IMG/VR virus record: IMGVR_UViG_3300024308_000304
Source of the DNA: an uncultured virus (IMG/VR IMGVR_UViG_3300024308_000304)
Taxonomy: Duplodnaviria > Heunggongvirae > Uroviricota > Caudoviricetes
DNA length: 64,000 nt
Reading direction: 5' to 3' (one strand)
Shown: positions 20,595 to 31,362 of the stretch, piece by piece
How positions within the stretch are numbered: the first letter of the stretch is position 1
Layout: every line of letters begins with the position of its first letter
The notes under the pieces: model-generated
Database searches by the model: none
What the model was told of the DNA's origin: nothing
Seen by the model: the letters and a program-made list of their open reading frames with translations, nothing else
Position numbers and translations under genes: made by a program

Positions 20595-21353
20595 ATGACA
20601 CCTGATTATAAAATTTCCCGACAAAGCATTGTAAATATGATGTCTAGAGAATATAAGGCAGAGAAAGTGACGCCTCATTACAAAAGTGAGACTATTTTTT
20701 CTGGCTCTGAAAAATATATGTTCAAACTCATTGTTGCAAAGGATTTTAATACCTATCTAACAATCATTGATAATCTTGAAGACTACCAAGTACCTGTTAT
20801 TAATGTGCATGGTGATGCTTTAGAAGTGAAAAATATTTTAGAAAAAAGCGATGTTAAAATCAAAGAAGTTTCACCTGATAGTATTAAATGGATGAATAAC
20901 TTTATTTCGAAGGTGAATGAAATTGTGCTTCAAGAAAAATTTAAGTTATATGAAAAAGAAAATTATGGAAACAATTACAACCAAAAGATAAAATCAGCAA
21001 ATACAGAATTTCATTTATCCATTAATGTGGTTTATTATATCAATGAAGATTTATCGTTAACGGAAAGATTAAATTGCCAGTTTTCTGCTATTGTATACAA
21101 TGGTTATCTTGTTCAATATAAGGAAAGTATAAAGTTTAAATTACATGGTAATGATTTCATTGCCGGTAATTTCTTTAATACGATTGAAAATGTTGAACCA
21201 GATTTTCTTGAGAAAAAAATTAAAAAAATATTTCTGAATTATAATAAAGATATTATCAAGACTTATGATTTATGTGAAAACCAAAAAGAGATTTTGAAAA
21301 AAGATAACGAATTTGAAAATTTAAAAGAAGTTATTAAAATGATTAGATATTAA
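20595..21353 (+). CDS. Hypothetical protein, MxxI/Y C-terminal-tag family
   Basis: 252 aa; ends ENLKEVIKMIRY. Confidence 0.75.
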   Translation: MTPDYKISRQSIVNMMSREYKAEKVTPHYKSETIFSGSEKYMFKLIVAKDFNTYLTIIDNLEDYQVPVINVHGDALEVKNILEKSDVKIKEVSPDSIKWMNNFISKVNEIVLQEKFKLYEKENYGNNYNQKIKSANTEFHLSINVVYYINEDLSLTERLNCQFSAIVYNGYLVQYKESIKFKLHGNDFIAGNFFNTIENVEPDFLEKKIKKIFLNYNKDIIKTYDLCENQKEILKKDNEFENLKEVIKMIRY

Positions 21354-21369
21354 TAGGAGAACCATCAAA

Positions 21370-21552
21370 ATGAAAGTATTTAATGAAAAAGAACAAATTG
21401 TAATGCAAGAAATTGACACTGGCTTTGGTAACATGAAAGTCCATATCATACCAGCAGAAGAATTGAATGATGTGAAAGTACCAAAGTTTGCAGTTAAAGT
21501 CTTCAAAAAGCAATTAAAATCATTTAAAAACAAAATTAAGAAATATAAATAG
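21370..21552 (+). CDS. Small basic hypothetical protein
   Basis: 60 aa with AGGAG SD; followed by a GATCTCT..AGAGATC hairpin. Confidence 0.6.
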   Translation: MKVFNEKEQIVMQEIDTGFGNMKVHIIPAEELNDVKVPKFAVKVFKKQLKSFKNKIKKYK

Positions 21553-21605
21553 GCAAATGATCTCTAACGCATAAGAGATCACAGCCACAAATCAGGAGAT
21601 TTTTT

Positions 21606-22214
21606 ATGCAACAGTACCCATCAATTGGTAAAGATATTATTCAAGATATAGACTACTATATATTTGATAAATTAGATGGTTCAAATATTAGAGTTGAGTT
21701 TTCATTAAAAAATGGATTTGATAAATTTGGGACAAGAAAGAAATTAATGTCAGACGATTCTGGTATTCTCAATGTCTCAAAAGATCTGATTCTGCAATAT
21801 GAAAATATAACAGAAGAGATTTTCAAAAAAAATAAATGGCAGAGTGGTACACTCTTTTTTGAGTTCCATGGACCAAATTCATTTGCAGGCTTCCATGATG
21901 AAAATGATACATTTAAAGTTTCTTTAATTGATGCTCATATTGGTAAGATTGGTTATTTGCCACCACGAGAATACATTAAAACATTTGAAGATAAAATTGA
22001 GATGTCAGAGTTTTTAAAAATTGGTAAATTTAATAAAACTACCATTGCAGAAATACAAGAAGGTAAGTTTCCGGGGATGACTTTTGAAGGTGTAATAGGA
22101 AAAGCATTTATCAGAAATAAAATTGTACGATGCAAAGTCAAAAATAAAGATTGGATTTCCAAACTTAAAGACAAATGTGGTGATGATATTAAATTGTTTG
22201 AAACACTAAAATAA
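21606..22214 (+). CDS. RNA ligase-like nucleotidyltransferase domain (Rnl2-like)
   Basis: Motif I KLDGSN, motif III FFEFHG, motif IV FEGVIG, motif V KVK. Confidence 0.8.
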   Translation: MQQYPSIGKDIIQDIDYYIFDKLDGSNIRVEFSLKNGFDKFGTRKKLMSDDSGILNVSKDLILQYENITEEIFKKNKWQSGTLFFEFHGPNSFAGFHDENDTFKVSLIDAHIGKIGYLPPREYIKTFEDKIEMSEFLKIGKFNKTTIAEIQEGKFPGMTFEGVIGKAFIRNKIVRCKVKNKDWISKLKDKCGDDIKLFETLK

Positions 22215-22215
22215 G

Positions 22216-22238
22216 AAAGCTCCTTCGGGAGCTTTTTT
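22216..22238. terminator. Bidirectional intrinsic terminator
   Basis: AAAGCTCC-TTCG-GGAGCTTTTTT between convergent genes. Confidence 0.8.
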
Positions 22239-23487
22239 ACATTTTCATTTTTTTAAATGGTTTTGAATTTTTAAACTTATCATCAATATTAGTTAAATAC
22301 AAACGTTCAGCATCTTCAATATCATAAATATCATCTGCAGAACGAGCTTCCATTTTTTTCATATCCATTTCTTTATAAAACTTACGAGTGTCATCTGTAA
22401 TAGATTTTAATTTATCAAAACCTTCACCCCAAGAATTATTAAAAAGATTAGGCATATTCTTACTCATGACATCTAACCATGCATCATCAATAACAGGAGA
22501 ACGAGAAAAATTAGCAGTTTCAGCAATATGTCTCTTCAAATGCATTTTACCTAAATCAGTAAAATTAGAAACAATAAGAACTTTTTCTTGTTTTGCACAT
22601 TCACTCAACAATTCATCAAATAAAGAAGTACCTAAACCTTGTCCTCTATAATTTGAAGCAACCATAATGGAAGTAATTCTTAAAAAATTGTTAGCATAAT
22701 CTTTGTTTTTATGGTTAACAAAAGATTGTTTAATATTATTATTCTCATTGACGACTGCAACACCTGCAATCTCATGACCACTTTGAGCAACTACATAAAA
22801 TGAATTATTTCTTTTCTCTGTTAATGGAACAAGATATCTCAAATCATAATTTGAATTTAAGAACTGAACAGCTTCATCAACAGTTAAGCTTGGTTGTATT
22901 AAAATATTTGTCATCACATATTCTTTAAAATCTTGTTCATTCATGACTTTATATTCAATATCTTTTTTCGTCTTTTTAATTAAGTCTTGTTTAATACTGT
23001 TCTCTTCAAATATAACAGAATATATTGGATTCAATTCAATTAAAGCTTTTTTCAAAGGTTCAATAGATGCATCTTCTCCTAAGAATACTTCATCATAATT
23101 TGTTGTTGTAATTGCATTGATACCTAAATCAATAGTTTGAGGGAAATATTGAATTGGAAGTTCTTCATTTTTAGGCATTCTTCTTCTTTGTTCACCTAAT
23201 ACAACTTTTGTGAAATCACTTAATGTAATCTCTTTCCCATCTACATCTATTTTTAATGTTTCTATATTCTTATTAGGAATAACCTTTAACACATATTCAT
23301 TATTCTCATTAACACCAATTTTTTTATACTGATATAAATTATTGAAGTAATAAGAATCTAATATGGTGTATAAGACAGTAGATAATAACTCAGAATCAGT
23401 AGCATCAGGTTTTCTACCAAATACATTATCAAATGCTGTGTGTATATCTTTGACATAACCAGATACTAATATGTCGTCTTTTTTCAT
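22237..23487 (-). CDS. GNAT acetyltransferase domain protein (paralog of 62165-63319); Lys-rich C-terminus
   Basis: Acetyl-CoA motif A VASNYRGQGLGTSL; ends KPFKKMKM. Confidence 0.8.
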   Translation of the reverse strand: MKKDDILVSGYVKDIHTAFDNVFGRKPDATDSELLSTVLYTILDSYYFNNLYQYKKIGVNENNEYVLKVIPNKNIETLKIDVDGKEITLSDFTKVVLGEQRRRMPKNEELPIQYFPQTIDLGINAITTTNYDEVFLGEDASIEPLKKALIELNPIYSVIFEENSIKQDLIKKTKKDIEYKVMNEQDFKEYVMTNILIQPSLTVDEAVQFLNSNYDLRYLVPLTEKRNNSFYVVAQSGHEIAGVAVVNENNNIKQSFVNHKNKDYANNFLRITSIMVASNYRGQGLGTSLFDELLSECAKQEKVLIVSNFTDLGKMHLKRHIAETANFSRSPVIDDAWLDVMSKNMPNLFNNSWGEGFDKLKSITDDTRKFYKEMDMKKMEARSADDIYDIEDAERLYLTNIDDKFKNSKPFKKMKM

Positions 23488-23605
23488 ATTCTTTTACATA
23501 CTCTTATTGTTTGCTTACATTTTAACATAAAAAAATAAAAAAGTAATACATGATGACATTTTTTTAAACATGTGTTATAATCAAATCATTTTAGGAGACT
23601 GTATA

Positions 23606-23875
23606 ATGAATGATTTGAGTAATTTTTCAGAAAGTGAGTTGCAAAATGAATTAAGAAGAAGAAAAGATGCAAAAAAAATAAAAAATTTCAAAGTGTTACC
23701 ATTTGATAAAGAAAGATACGAAAAATTTACAAAAGAAATGAAATCAATTATTGATAACCGTCTAAGCGAAAATTATCATGAAGACAATGATGATGAACAT
23801 TATGCTTACGAAGCAGCAATGAAACTTGCTTTTGGTAACGATATTTTTGAAAGACTGTCTAAAATTAATTATTAA
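23606..23875 (+). CDS. Small hypothetical phage-type protein
   Basis: AGGAG SD before ATG 23606; MNDLSNFSESELQNELRRRK. Confidence 0.7.
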   Translation: MNDLSNFSESELQNELRRRKDAKKIKNFKVLPFDKERYEKFTKEMKSIIDNRLSENYHEDNDDEHYAYEAAMKLAFGNDIFERLSKINY

Positions 23876-23944
23876 AGTAGTAAAACCTAATAAAAAGAAT
23901 ACGATTTGATATTTTTATAAGGATAATACTAATAAGGAGACTGT

Positions 23945-24661
23945 ATGTTATATGAGTTATACAAAACAAATAAAATTGGAAAAGATTACTGTGTAGGCGA
24001 TCTACATGGTAATTATGTTGCATTATATAAAATGTTAGACAATGTTGGGTTTGATTATTCAAAAGACCGACTATTCTGTGTGGGTGATTTGACTGACAGA
24101 GGCATTAATAGCCCTGATGTATTAGAATTACTTAAACAAGAATGGTTCTATACTGTACGTGGAAACCATGAAGAAATTATTATTAAACATGGACTAAAGA
24201 CATATGATGAATGTTATCCAGATGGAAAAATAAATAAAGATGGTAATCAATGGTTTTTCAAAGAATCTAATGAAAAGAGAAAAGAAATAATTAAAAAATT
24301 TAAAGAGCTACCTTATGCCATTCAAGTTGGTGATGTGGGCCTTGTACATGCATATCCACTTGAAGACTGGAAAATGACGTTAAAATCAATCAAATATCAA
24401 AATGAAAAAGATTTAGGTAGCATTGTTTGGAATAGAACTGCAGCGAAAGCAGTTCAGAATGGAGAGAAAATTAAACCAATTACAGGAATTGATACAGTCA
24501 TTGTAGGACACCACATATTTGAAACCCCTGAAAGACATGCCAACGTTATCTTTTTGGATACTGGTTATTTCTGTGGTGGTTCATTGTCACTTATTAATCT
24601 TGAAACTCTTGAAGTTGTTTCACGATACTTCAATAAAAGTAACGAAATATGGACATTATGA
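23945..24661 (+). CDS. Ser/Thr protein phosphatase (lambda NinI/PphA-like metallophosphoesterase)
   Basis: Motifs GDLHG, VGDLTDRG, RGNHE, VHA, GHH, LDTG. Confidence 0.9.
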   Translation: MLYELYKTNKIGKDYCVGDLHGNYVALYKMLDNVGFDYSKDRLFCVGDLTDRGINSPDVLELLKQEWFYTVRGNHEEIIIKHGLKTYDECYPDGKINKDGNQWFFKESNEKRKEIIKKFKELPYAIQVGDVGLVHAYPLEDWKMTLKSIKYQNEKDLGSIVWNRTAAKAVQNGEKIKPITGIDTVIVGHHIFETPERHANVIFLDTGYFCGGSLSLINLETLEVVSRYFNKSNEIWTL

Positions 24662-25083
24662 TGAAAATTGATATAAAAATGAAATTAATTGATGGTGTTA
24701 TGACATTAGTTTATGATAATGAAAATGTGTCTGATTATGTTAAAGAACGCATTGATTCTTTTTTTGAAAAAAAGATTAAAGACTGGATGGACACTGGCCT
24801 TTATGATTTATCAACATTTACATTTGAAGCTTCTGATGAAAAAATCAAATTTAGAAATAAATTAACCAGAATGTCTCATGGTTTAGAATTGCGTTTTAAA
24901 ATTATTGATGGTGATGCTTCACTCTATACATCTTGGGATGGAAAAAGAGAAATGAAATGGGATTCAAAAGAACTTATTTCAGAATTTGAAGCTGATAATG
25001 GGCCACATGAAGTTCTAAGATTAGCAGGGTTTAACAGTCAAACCATCAGAATGAAAATAAGAACAATAACTAAATTTTATTAG
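24649..25083 (+). CDS. Hypothetical protein
   Basis: ~140-aa ORF coupled to the phosphatase gene. Confidence 0.65.
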   Translation: MDIMMKIDIKMKLIDGVMTLVYDNENVSDYVKERIDSFFEKKIKDWMDTGLYDLSTFTFEASDEKIKFRNKLTRMSHGLELRFKIIDGDASLYTSWDGKREMKWDSKELISEFEADNGPHEVLRLAGFNSQTIRMKIRTITKFY

Positions 25084-25090
25084 GACTTTT

Positions 25091-25669
25091 TTAAAGTCCT
25101 TTTATATTAAATGATTCATCTTTTTCTAATTCTTTTATGCTTTTATCAACCGATTTGACAAATAAATCACTTTCCTCTTCTCTGGCTGTCAATGCCATAT
25201 CATTATCAACATAAGAAATAGATAACTTATTTTCTTCTGGTTCACATGTTAAATAAATATCTGTACTGACTAAAGTATAAACAATAATGAATTTTTTATC
25301 AGAAACATCCTTACCTTTACTATTCTTATATTCAACAGTTTCAGCTAAATCAGTTTTAACTTTTTTGAATTCATACTTTCTATTCAAAAACTTATTCAAA
25401 ATAACAACGTCTTGATTACAAGTCGTATATAAAGGTCCAGTACCAGTGATAGAATATATTTTATTAGTTTTTGGTGTTATAGAAATAGTATAATCTGTAA
25501 ATAGTTTAAACTTTTGATCATCTGGTGGTGTAAATGGTATATCAACAAATACTTCTTTTGCATCATCGTAGTGATAGCGTAATTTTTGACCGAATGCCTT
25601 AGCTACATCATTATCTGCATAAGCAAAACCTGAACAAAGGAGTAATCCTATTGCTAAAATTTTTTTCAT
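25091..25669 (-). CDS. Exported protein with Sec signal peptide
   Basis: MKKILAIGLLLCSGFAYA|D; GAGG SD. Confidence 0.75.
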   Translation of the reverse strand: MKKILAIGLLLCSGFAYADNDVAKAFGQKLRYHYDDAKEVFVDIPFTPPDDQKFKLFTDYTISITPKTNKIYSITGTGPLYTTCNQDVVILNKFLNRKYEFKKVKTDLAETVEYKNSKGKDVSDKKFIIVYTLVSTDIYLTCEPEENKLSISYVDNDMALTAREEESDLFVKSVDKSIKELEKDESFNIKGL

Positions 25670-25781
25670 TATTAAATCCTCAATTAGTTTGATTGTACAA
25701 AATAAATACTCAATGTCAATTTTAAAAAAGATTGTTAAAACAGGTTAAAAGTGTTATAATACTTTCTCACTGGAGGATGCG

Positions 25782-26408
25782 ATGCATAAATCAACCAAAC
25801 AATTTGTTTTAGCCTTGAAAATATTACTGGGATGCACGGTTGCTGTTCCTATTTTAAATATTATTTTCTTTAGTTTTTCTTGGTCTAACTTTTTATGCAG
25901 CATAAGTATGATTTGCTCTATGTCTGTAAGTATTTTTTCACCGATGAAACATTATATGCAAAAAGAAATCAAGATGACTGGTTTGTTGATTACAGCCTGT
26001 TTAATGCCATTTTTGATCATGGGATCTATACTTTTTGCATATAGTAATCCAACTATGTTAAAAATTATGAATTTGTTTCCTATTTATACTATGTTTCCAA
26101 TGCTTGCAATTGGTTATGCAACTATTCGTGTAGCATTCAAAATGCTTGAATCAAATGCTTCTTTTTTGAGTTCTCTAATTGAGTCAGAAAAAGACCAAGA
26201 AATAGTATTTAATTTTACCAATAATATATTTTATGAAAAATATGGTCAGATTAGAGTTGACGTAGGTGACTCTTTTGTACATGGAAGCGATTTTAAAATT
26301 GATAAATTGACTTCAAATTATGTAGATGCAGTATCAAGTTTCTTAGATATTCCTAAAAATAAATTAACTGTTGATGACTTTATTGTCTATGATATGAGTG
26401 AAATATGA
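25782..26408 (+). CDS. 4-TM membrane protein, MxxI C-terminal-tag family
   Basis: Four hydrophobic helices; ends DDFIVYDMSEI; GGAGG SD. Confidence 0.75.
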   Translation: MHKSTKQFVLALKILLGCTVAVPILNIIFFSFSWSNFLCSISMICSMSVSIFSPMKHYMQKEIKMTGLLITACLMPFLIMGSILFAYSNPTMLKIMNLFPIYTMFPMLAIGYATIRVAFKMLESNASFLSSLIESEKDQEIVFNFTNNIFYEKYGQIRVDVGDSFVHGSDFKIDKLTSNYVDAVSSFLDIPKNKLTVDDFIVYDMSEI

Positions 26409-26869
26409 TTAATATAATTCATTATAATTTTAAAAAAAAACAACTAGAATTCAAAAATAAGGCTAAAGAAGATCTTAATAATGATGAACTAACATTATTA
26501 AATGAGCTTACAGATCTATTTAAATTAATTGCCTTTATCAACAAAAGAAGAGATACAGTCATTGTGAATGCTCTGAATCATATTTATATAGAAATGAAAG
26601 AGATAGAAAAAGATATGTATATTTCTATTAACTTCAACAGAGCACCTATCACAAGATATAAGTTCTATAAGTATCCAGAAACAGAAATACCTGAATGTAT
26701 TACTGATATAGGGAAAGTTTACTATACAAAGACACCCAATGGTAAAATTAGTAAAAATTCATGTATATACAAAAAATTAACTCAATTTATCACAGCGTTA
26801 TGTGGTATAAAATATCAAAATGAAACAGTAGATCAATTTATTATATTATCAGAAATGAACGAGGTTTAA
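26405..26869 (+). CDS. Hypothetical protein, MxxV C-terminal-tag family
   Basis: ATGA overlap with the upstream gene; ends DQFIILSEMNEV. Confidence 0.7.
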   Translation: MINIIHYNFKKKQLEFKNKAKEDLNNDELTLLNELTDLFKLIAFINKRRDTVIVNALNHIYIEMKEIEKDMYISINFNRAPITRYKFYKYPETEIPECITDIGKVYYTKTPNGKISKNSCIYKKLTQFITALCGIKYQNETVDQFIILSEMNEV

Positions 26870-26870
26870 T

Positions 26871-27476
26871 ATGTTATCGAAACAAAAAATGAAAGCAGTA
26901 TCAGTCTTCCTATTTGGTAAAGAAATAAAGTTTAGAGCGATAGACGACAAATTTAATAAAAAATCTACATATATTGGATGTAATAATGGTGTTGCAGTTA
27001 ATATAACAAATAATAAAGCTAAATTAATGATTGATATTGATGCTAAAAATAATGGTCAATTTATTAATACTATTGTCGAAAATATTAATATCTTACAAAA
27101 TTATGAAAACAACAAAATCCAAGAACTGAATAGTAAAAAAAGATGGAAGGAACATAATGACATTCTAATAAAAAAGATCATGCTTGAATTTGATCTTAAA
27201 CAAAACACACCAAAATTAGAATTATTAACTATTGAGAGTGAAGATAAAGTAGATTATTCAGTATCATATTATGCACAAGAAAGATATATGTCCAATTTAT
27301 GTAAAGAAATTTATCTACCAATGGGTAAACCATTTGATATTGCTTATAAAAATAACCGTTTATATGTATATATGGTATCTTTAAAAGAAAAAGATATTGA
27401 AATAATAGGTAATGATTTCCTAATGAAAAACGACTTACAGAGTAAACTGGAAGTCGTTGATATGTTAGCTATCTGA
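26871..27476 (+). CDS. Hypothetical protein, MxxI C-terminal-tag family
   Basis: Ends KLEVVDMLAI; GAGG SD. Confidence 0.7.
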   Translation: MLSKQKMKAVSVFLFGKEIKFRAIDDKFNKKSTYIGCNNGVAVNITNNKAKLMIDIDAKNNGQFINTIVENINILQNYENNKIQELNSKKRWKEHNDILIKKIMLEFDLKQNTPKLELLTIESEDKVDYSVSYYAQERYMSNLCKEIYLPMGKPFDIAYKNNRLYVYMVSLKEKDIEIIGNDFLMKNDLQSKLEVVDMLAI

Positions 27477-27477
27477 T

Positions 27478-28377
27478 TTAGAACTTATTATGGCTTTTCT
27501 TAAAGTTTTTAAGGAAAGCTTTAAGAGTATAGAAAGCATCATTACCACTGTTGTGTAATTGGCTGTAAGATATTTTGCTCTTTGTCAAAAGATTCTTTAA
27601 ACTAATACGTTCATGTTCAGGGCGTTCAGTGCTTCCACTTAACAATAGTGAAGTGTCTATCATCTTTTTACTTTCAAACAATGCTGATAAACCGAGTTTT
27701 TCAACTACAATCATATCATTAGTGGCATCATGTAAAAGAATAAGGTCTGCTTGATTTGCAAACAAACTGATGAAATCAATAACACTTGATAACTTTTTTA
27801 CTTCTGTTTTGCCAAAATTAAATGAGAAATAACGAGTGTTATCTGAAAACTCAGTCGGCATATATTCTTCAACAATAAAATGATAATTTTTCTGAATTTT
27901 ATTATCAAAATAAGAAATACCAACATCCACAATATTCATATTCTTATCATATGAAAAATCAAAAGCAGTCATAGTTTTATCCATTTTAAGCTCTTTTATA
28001 AAGAAACTATCAAAAAAATGATTTCTATGATTATTCAATGTAAATATATATTGCAATTGTCCATCAAAGTATTCAGCATGCTGAACACTTGTCACAGTTT
28101 GATATGCCACAGACTCAACTTCCTTGAAAGGAATAGATGCCTCATGGTAATTACATCCAAAAGTGGCATTCAAATAACTGCACAATTTATTAAAATCAAC
28201 TAATGAAATATAACAATCTTTATTTTCTGTTTCTAAATCTATGAAAAAGTGTTCAATCCCCACTTCTTTATAAAAACTTTTTATTGAAATAAAGTCTACT
28301 ATGTCATTTCTTCTTGATACTGAAAAATTATTTGCAACCTTTTTTCTCATATCTTTTATGGAGTAGATTTTTTCCAT
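27478..28377 (-). CDS. DEDDh-family 3'-5' exonuclease-like protein with degenerate ExoI
   Basis: AFDFSY (Ser in place of Glu), LHDATND, IDT, LHNSGNDA; paralog of 33291-34304. Confidence 0.75.
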   Translation of the reverse strand: MEKIYSIKDMRKKVANNFSVSRRNDIVDFISIKSFYKEVGIEHFFIDLETENKDCYISLVDFNKLCSYLNATFGCNYHEASIPFKEVESVAYQTVTSVQHAEYFDGQLQYIFTLNNHRNHFFDSFFIKELKMDKTMTAFDFSYDKNMNIVDVGISYFDNKIQKNYHFIVEEYMPTEFSDNTRYFSFNFGKTEVKKLSSVIDFISLFANQADLILLHDATNDMIVVEKLGLSALFESKKMIDTSLLLSGSTERPEHERISLKNLLTKSKISYSQLHNSGNDAFYTLKAFLKNFKKSHNKF

Positions 28378-28545
28378 ATTTAAACTCCTTTTTAAAATGT
28401 TTTATATACATTTAATAATAAATATATCATACCTTTAAATGAGAATTAGTCAAGATGAAAAGTGTCAAAATAGAGGATTACAGAGGGGTGTAGATGATCT
28501 ACGACAAGTTTTGACGCAAAAAAAGAGATTTTTCAATCTCCTTTT

Positions 28546-29181
28546 TTATAATATAATTTCTTGATAATAAACCTTACCAGTTTTTATAGGAAAATCTTTA
28601 AAGTCCACAATAGAATTAGACTCAATCCAGTCAGCGATACCAAAGATATCAAAGAAATTAAGTTGATTACTTGATAATAAGATGCTGATCTCTGTATCAC
28701 TTACATCAAATAATTCAGGATCGTCTGCAAGCAGTTTATTTAAGTTTTCAACTAATTCTTCATTGAATGCTTCAATATCTTCAACAAAAATACGAACAAA
28801 ATCAAACCGACCAGCGTTAACTAAAGTCTCTTTAATATACTCATACTTGCTAATCAAAATTGGATATTCCAACATCTCAGCAACGACTTCTTTTTCTTCA
28901 AGTATGTCTGACAATCCTTGAAATAAATAATCTGAATAGAATTTATCAAGATTTAAGCCTTTATCATGGAAAATAATAGAAGCTGAATCTCCATCATTTT
29001 CAAAAGTGCAACCCATAGGCTCATCTTTGACAGGAGCATGATCTGTAATTGCAAAAACAATAGGGATGTTTTTATCAGTAATAGCCAAACCTATTGATGG
29101 ATATTCATGAGAATATCGTCTAACAGCCCCATCACTTGTCGTAAATTCAGTGTCGTAAGACAATATTTCAACTAATTTCAT
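28546..29181 (-). CDS. Hypothetical acidic protein
   Basis: 211-aa ORF with GAGG SD. Confidence 0.7.
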   Translation of the reverse strand: MKLVEILSYDTEFTTSDGAVRRYSHEYPSIGLAITDKNIPIVFAITDHAPVKDEPMGCTFENDGDSASIIFHDKGLNLDKFYSDYLFQGLSDILEEKEVVAEMLEYPILISKYEYIKETLVNAGRFDFVRIFVEDIEAFNEELVENLNKLLADDPELFDVSDTEISILLSSNQLNFFDIFGIADWIESNSIVDFKDFPIKTGKVYYQEIIL

Positions 29182-29356
29182 TTTATTTTTCCTCTACCTA
29201 TTTTCTATAATATAGCATTTTTATAGCTTTACTGTCAATGAAAATATTATGATTACCATATTGATGTTTTTATATTCTTGATGTAAAATATTGTTGATTT
29301 TTAAGCTATGATTGTGTTGAAAATTGTAAACAAATTAAAAAAGAGGCATAAGCCTC

Positions 29357-31234
29357 TTAATTATGTTTAGGTTTTGAAACCTTTCGGTGTTGTTTAACAT
29401 CAAATAAGTTTTCATGAGATTTATAAATCAAATATTGAATATCAGTATTGTTCATCTTTAATTGTGGAACAACCTTTCTAATAGCAGACTTTATCGCTCC
29501 CATAACGATGTTTTTAAGAGGGAACTGATTGAACCCATGTTCTTCTATTGCCTTAGCCATCATCTCTTCTCCCAATAAAGCTTTGTGCTTGTTGGTAGTC
29601 AAATCTAAGTTATAACGCTGGACATATTCACTTTTTATATTTTCCATTGATCCATTTTTATCATAATAATTGAAAACTTTCAGCATCGTATTCTCATATT
29701 TGTTTCCTAAAATTTCTCTCATAGACATATGCCCAAAGACTTCATGACATAATGTTTTCTCTAAATCTTTTTTGTCTACAATGTTAGGTAAAAATATATG
29801 AACAGAGTTTCTTTTTAAATCATACCACCCAGAACAAGTATCTAAATTTGGATTATTATTTAAAATTTCTTTTGGAACAGAACTCTCACTTGCATACAAA
29901 TGTATTTTAGGCATTGCTTTGTAATGATTTTCAATATCATTAATGAGCTTCACAGCAGAAGCATGAGACACAACCTTATGTGATTGAAGTTTATCAGCAA
30001 CTCTATGTAAAATATCAGGAGATGATAAAGAATATTCTCCATTGTTGCCAATAGCACTTTTTATAATATTAGAATTAAAGAATATATAGTGATTAGTACC
30101 ATCAACATGTTTCATTCCTTCAAATATAGAAGCATCCATTTTTATAGCATCATAACCCATACGTCTGAACCCTTCTGCCAATATAGCCCTTATACCATGC
30201 ATATTTTCTGGAAAAGGTGATTCAACTTCAATATAAGTATCTGTTAATAATTCAACCAATTTTTTGGAATTCAACAAAGTCGCTACAGTGATATCATGAC
30301 CACTTTCCTGAGCAGTACATATAATAGAAGAAAATATTTCATTCAAATCATCAGATGCTTTATAATAATTATTTTCTTCAAATAGCTCTTTTAATGAATC
30401 ACGAAGTTCATAAATTTCACCCGCTAAAGAAATTTCAAAAGTTATTTCATTATCTCTGGCAGCAAAGTATTTTGTTACATAATCTATAACTTGATCATAA
30501 TCTTCATCTTCCATGTCAAAATTATTTGCAGCTTCATCTATGAAAGCAATCATTTTTTCTAAATTAATAGTTATTTTGGTGTCAAGTTCAGATGTCATAC
30601 ACTCAAGACTTATTTTAACTTCATGACCTATGCTAAAATCTGAAAGATATTCCACAAGTTCATCAAGATTGCTATAACTTATAGATTCTTCAAACACCTT
30701 TTCTTCAACATCTAACATTTTTCTTGGGGCTGCATATAAAGCAAACATAAAACCTTCGTTATCTATACTAAGTGCTCTGTCACTTAAAAAATCTAAAACA
30801 TCATCGAAATCTTCACTATCAACATCTTCATCATTTAATAAAGCTTGGTAAACTTTATTAAATAGTATAATAAACTCATCATCTGTTTCCATTCCAATCA
30901 AGTCTGAAAACTTTCTTTCAACATAGGCAACAAAATCATTTTCCAGATATTCTTCAACATGCCCTTTTGCAAGGACTCTATCTGGTCCTGTAGCTGTAGC
31001 ATAATTGTTGGAAGCATCTAATACGTTATCAGTTGTATAAAAACCTTGACCCCAATGACTATCTGGATTGGTTTTATTAATGTCAAATTGTGTAAATTCT
31101 GCTGTTGTACCTATGTATAATACTTTAGGTTCACCATCTTCATCACGAATACCATGCTCATCAAACCATTTAGCAAAGTTTTCAGCAGCTTCTTCTTTGC
31201 TTAAATTTTCAATATATTTTTTTAAATGATTCAT
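29357..31234 (-). CDS. Polyvalent-type protein: N-terminal ART-like domain and C-terminal zincin-like metallopeptidase
   Basis: FAKWF..DEDGEPKVLYIGT..F..FD..WGQGFYTTDN..A..YA; IKSAIGNNGEY; HEVFGH plus downstream EEMMA. Confidence 0.7.
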   Translation of the reverse strand: MNHLKKYIENLSKEEAAENFAKWFDEHGIRDEDGEPKVLYIGTTAEFTQFDINKTNPDSHWGQGFYTTDNVLDASNNYATATGPDRVLAKGHVEEYLENDFVAYVERKFSDLIGMETDDEFIILFNKVYQALLNDEDVDSEDFDDVLDFLSDRALSIDNEGFMFALYAAPRKMLDVEEKVFEESISYSNLDELVEYLSDFSIGHEVKISLECMTSELDTKITINLEKMIAFIDEAANNFDMEDEDYDQVIDYVTKYFAARDNEITFEISLAGEIYELRDSLKELFEENNYYKASDDLNEIFSSIICTAQESGHDITVATLLNSKKLVELLTDTYIEVESPFPENMHGIRAILAEGFRRMGYDAIKMDASIFEGMKHVDGTNHYIFFNSNIIKSAIGNNGEYSLSSPDILHRVADKLQSHKVVSHASAVKLINDIENHYKAMPKIHLYASESSVPKEILNNNPNLDTCSGWYDLKRNSVHIFLPNIVDKKDLEKTLCHEVFGHMSMREILGNKYENTMLKVFNYYDKNGSMENIKSEYVQRYNLDLTTNKHKALLGEEMMAKAIEEHGFNQFPLKNIVMGAIKSAIRKVVPQLKMNNTDIQYLIYKSHENLFDVKQHRKVSKPKHN

Positions 31235-31362
31235 CTTAATTTAATGATGTTATTATATTTATTATATCATTAAATTTTAAAATAAAAAAATTTTGGTTGA
31301 TTTTTTTGTAGACAATTATATATATGGACATATATAAAAGAAAAATGACCTATTTTTTAGAA

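Noticed and set aside
23485..23505. In-frame ATG TAA four codons upstream of the GNAT start (minus strand)
   Set aside because: No properly spaced SD and no ACC-ATG or ATTGATAAAG context; ATGTAA is common by chance at this AT content.
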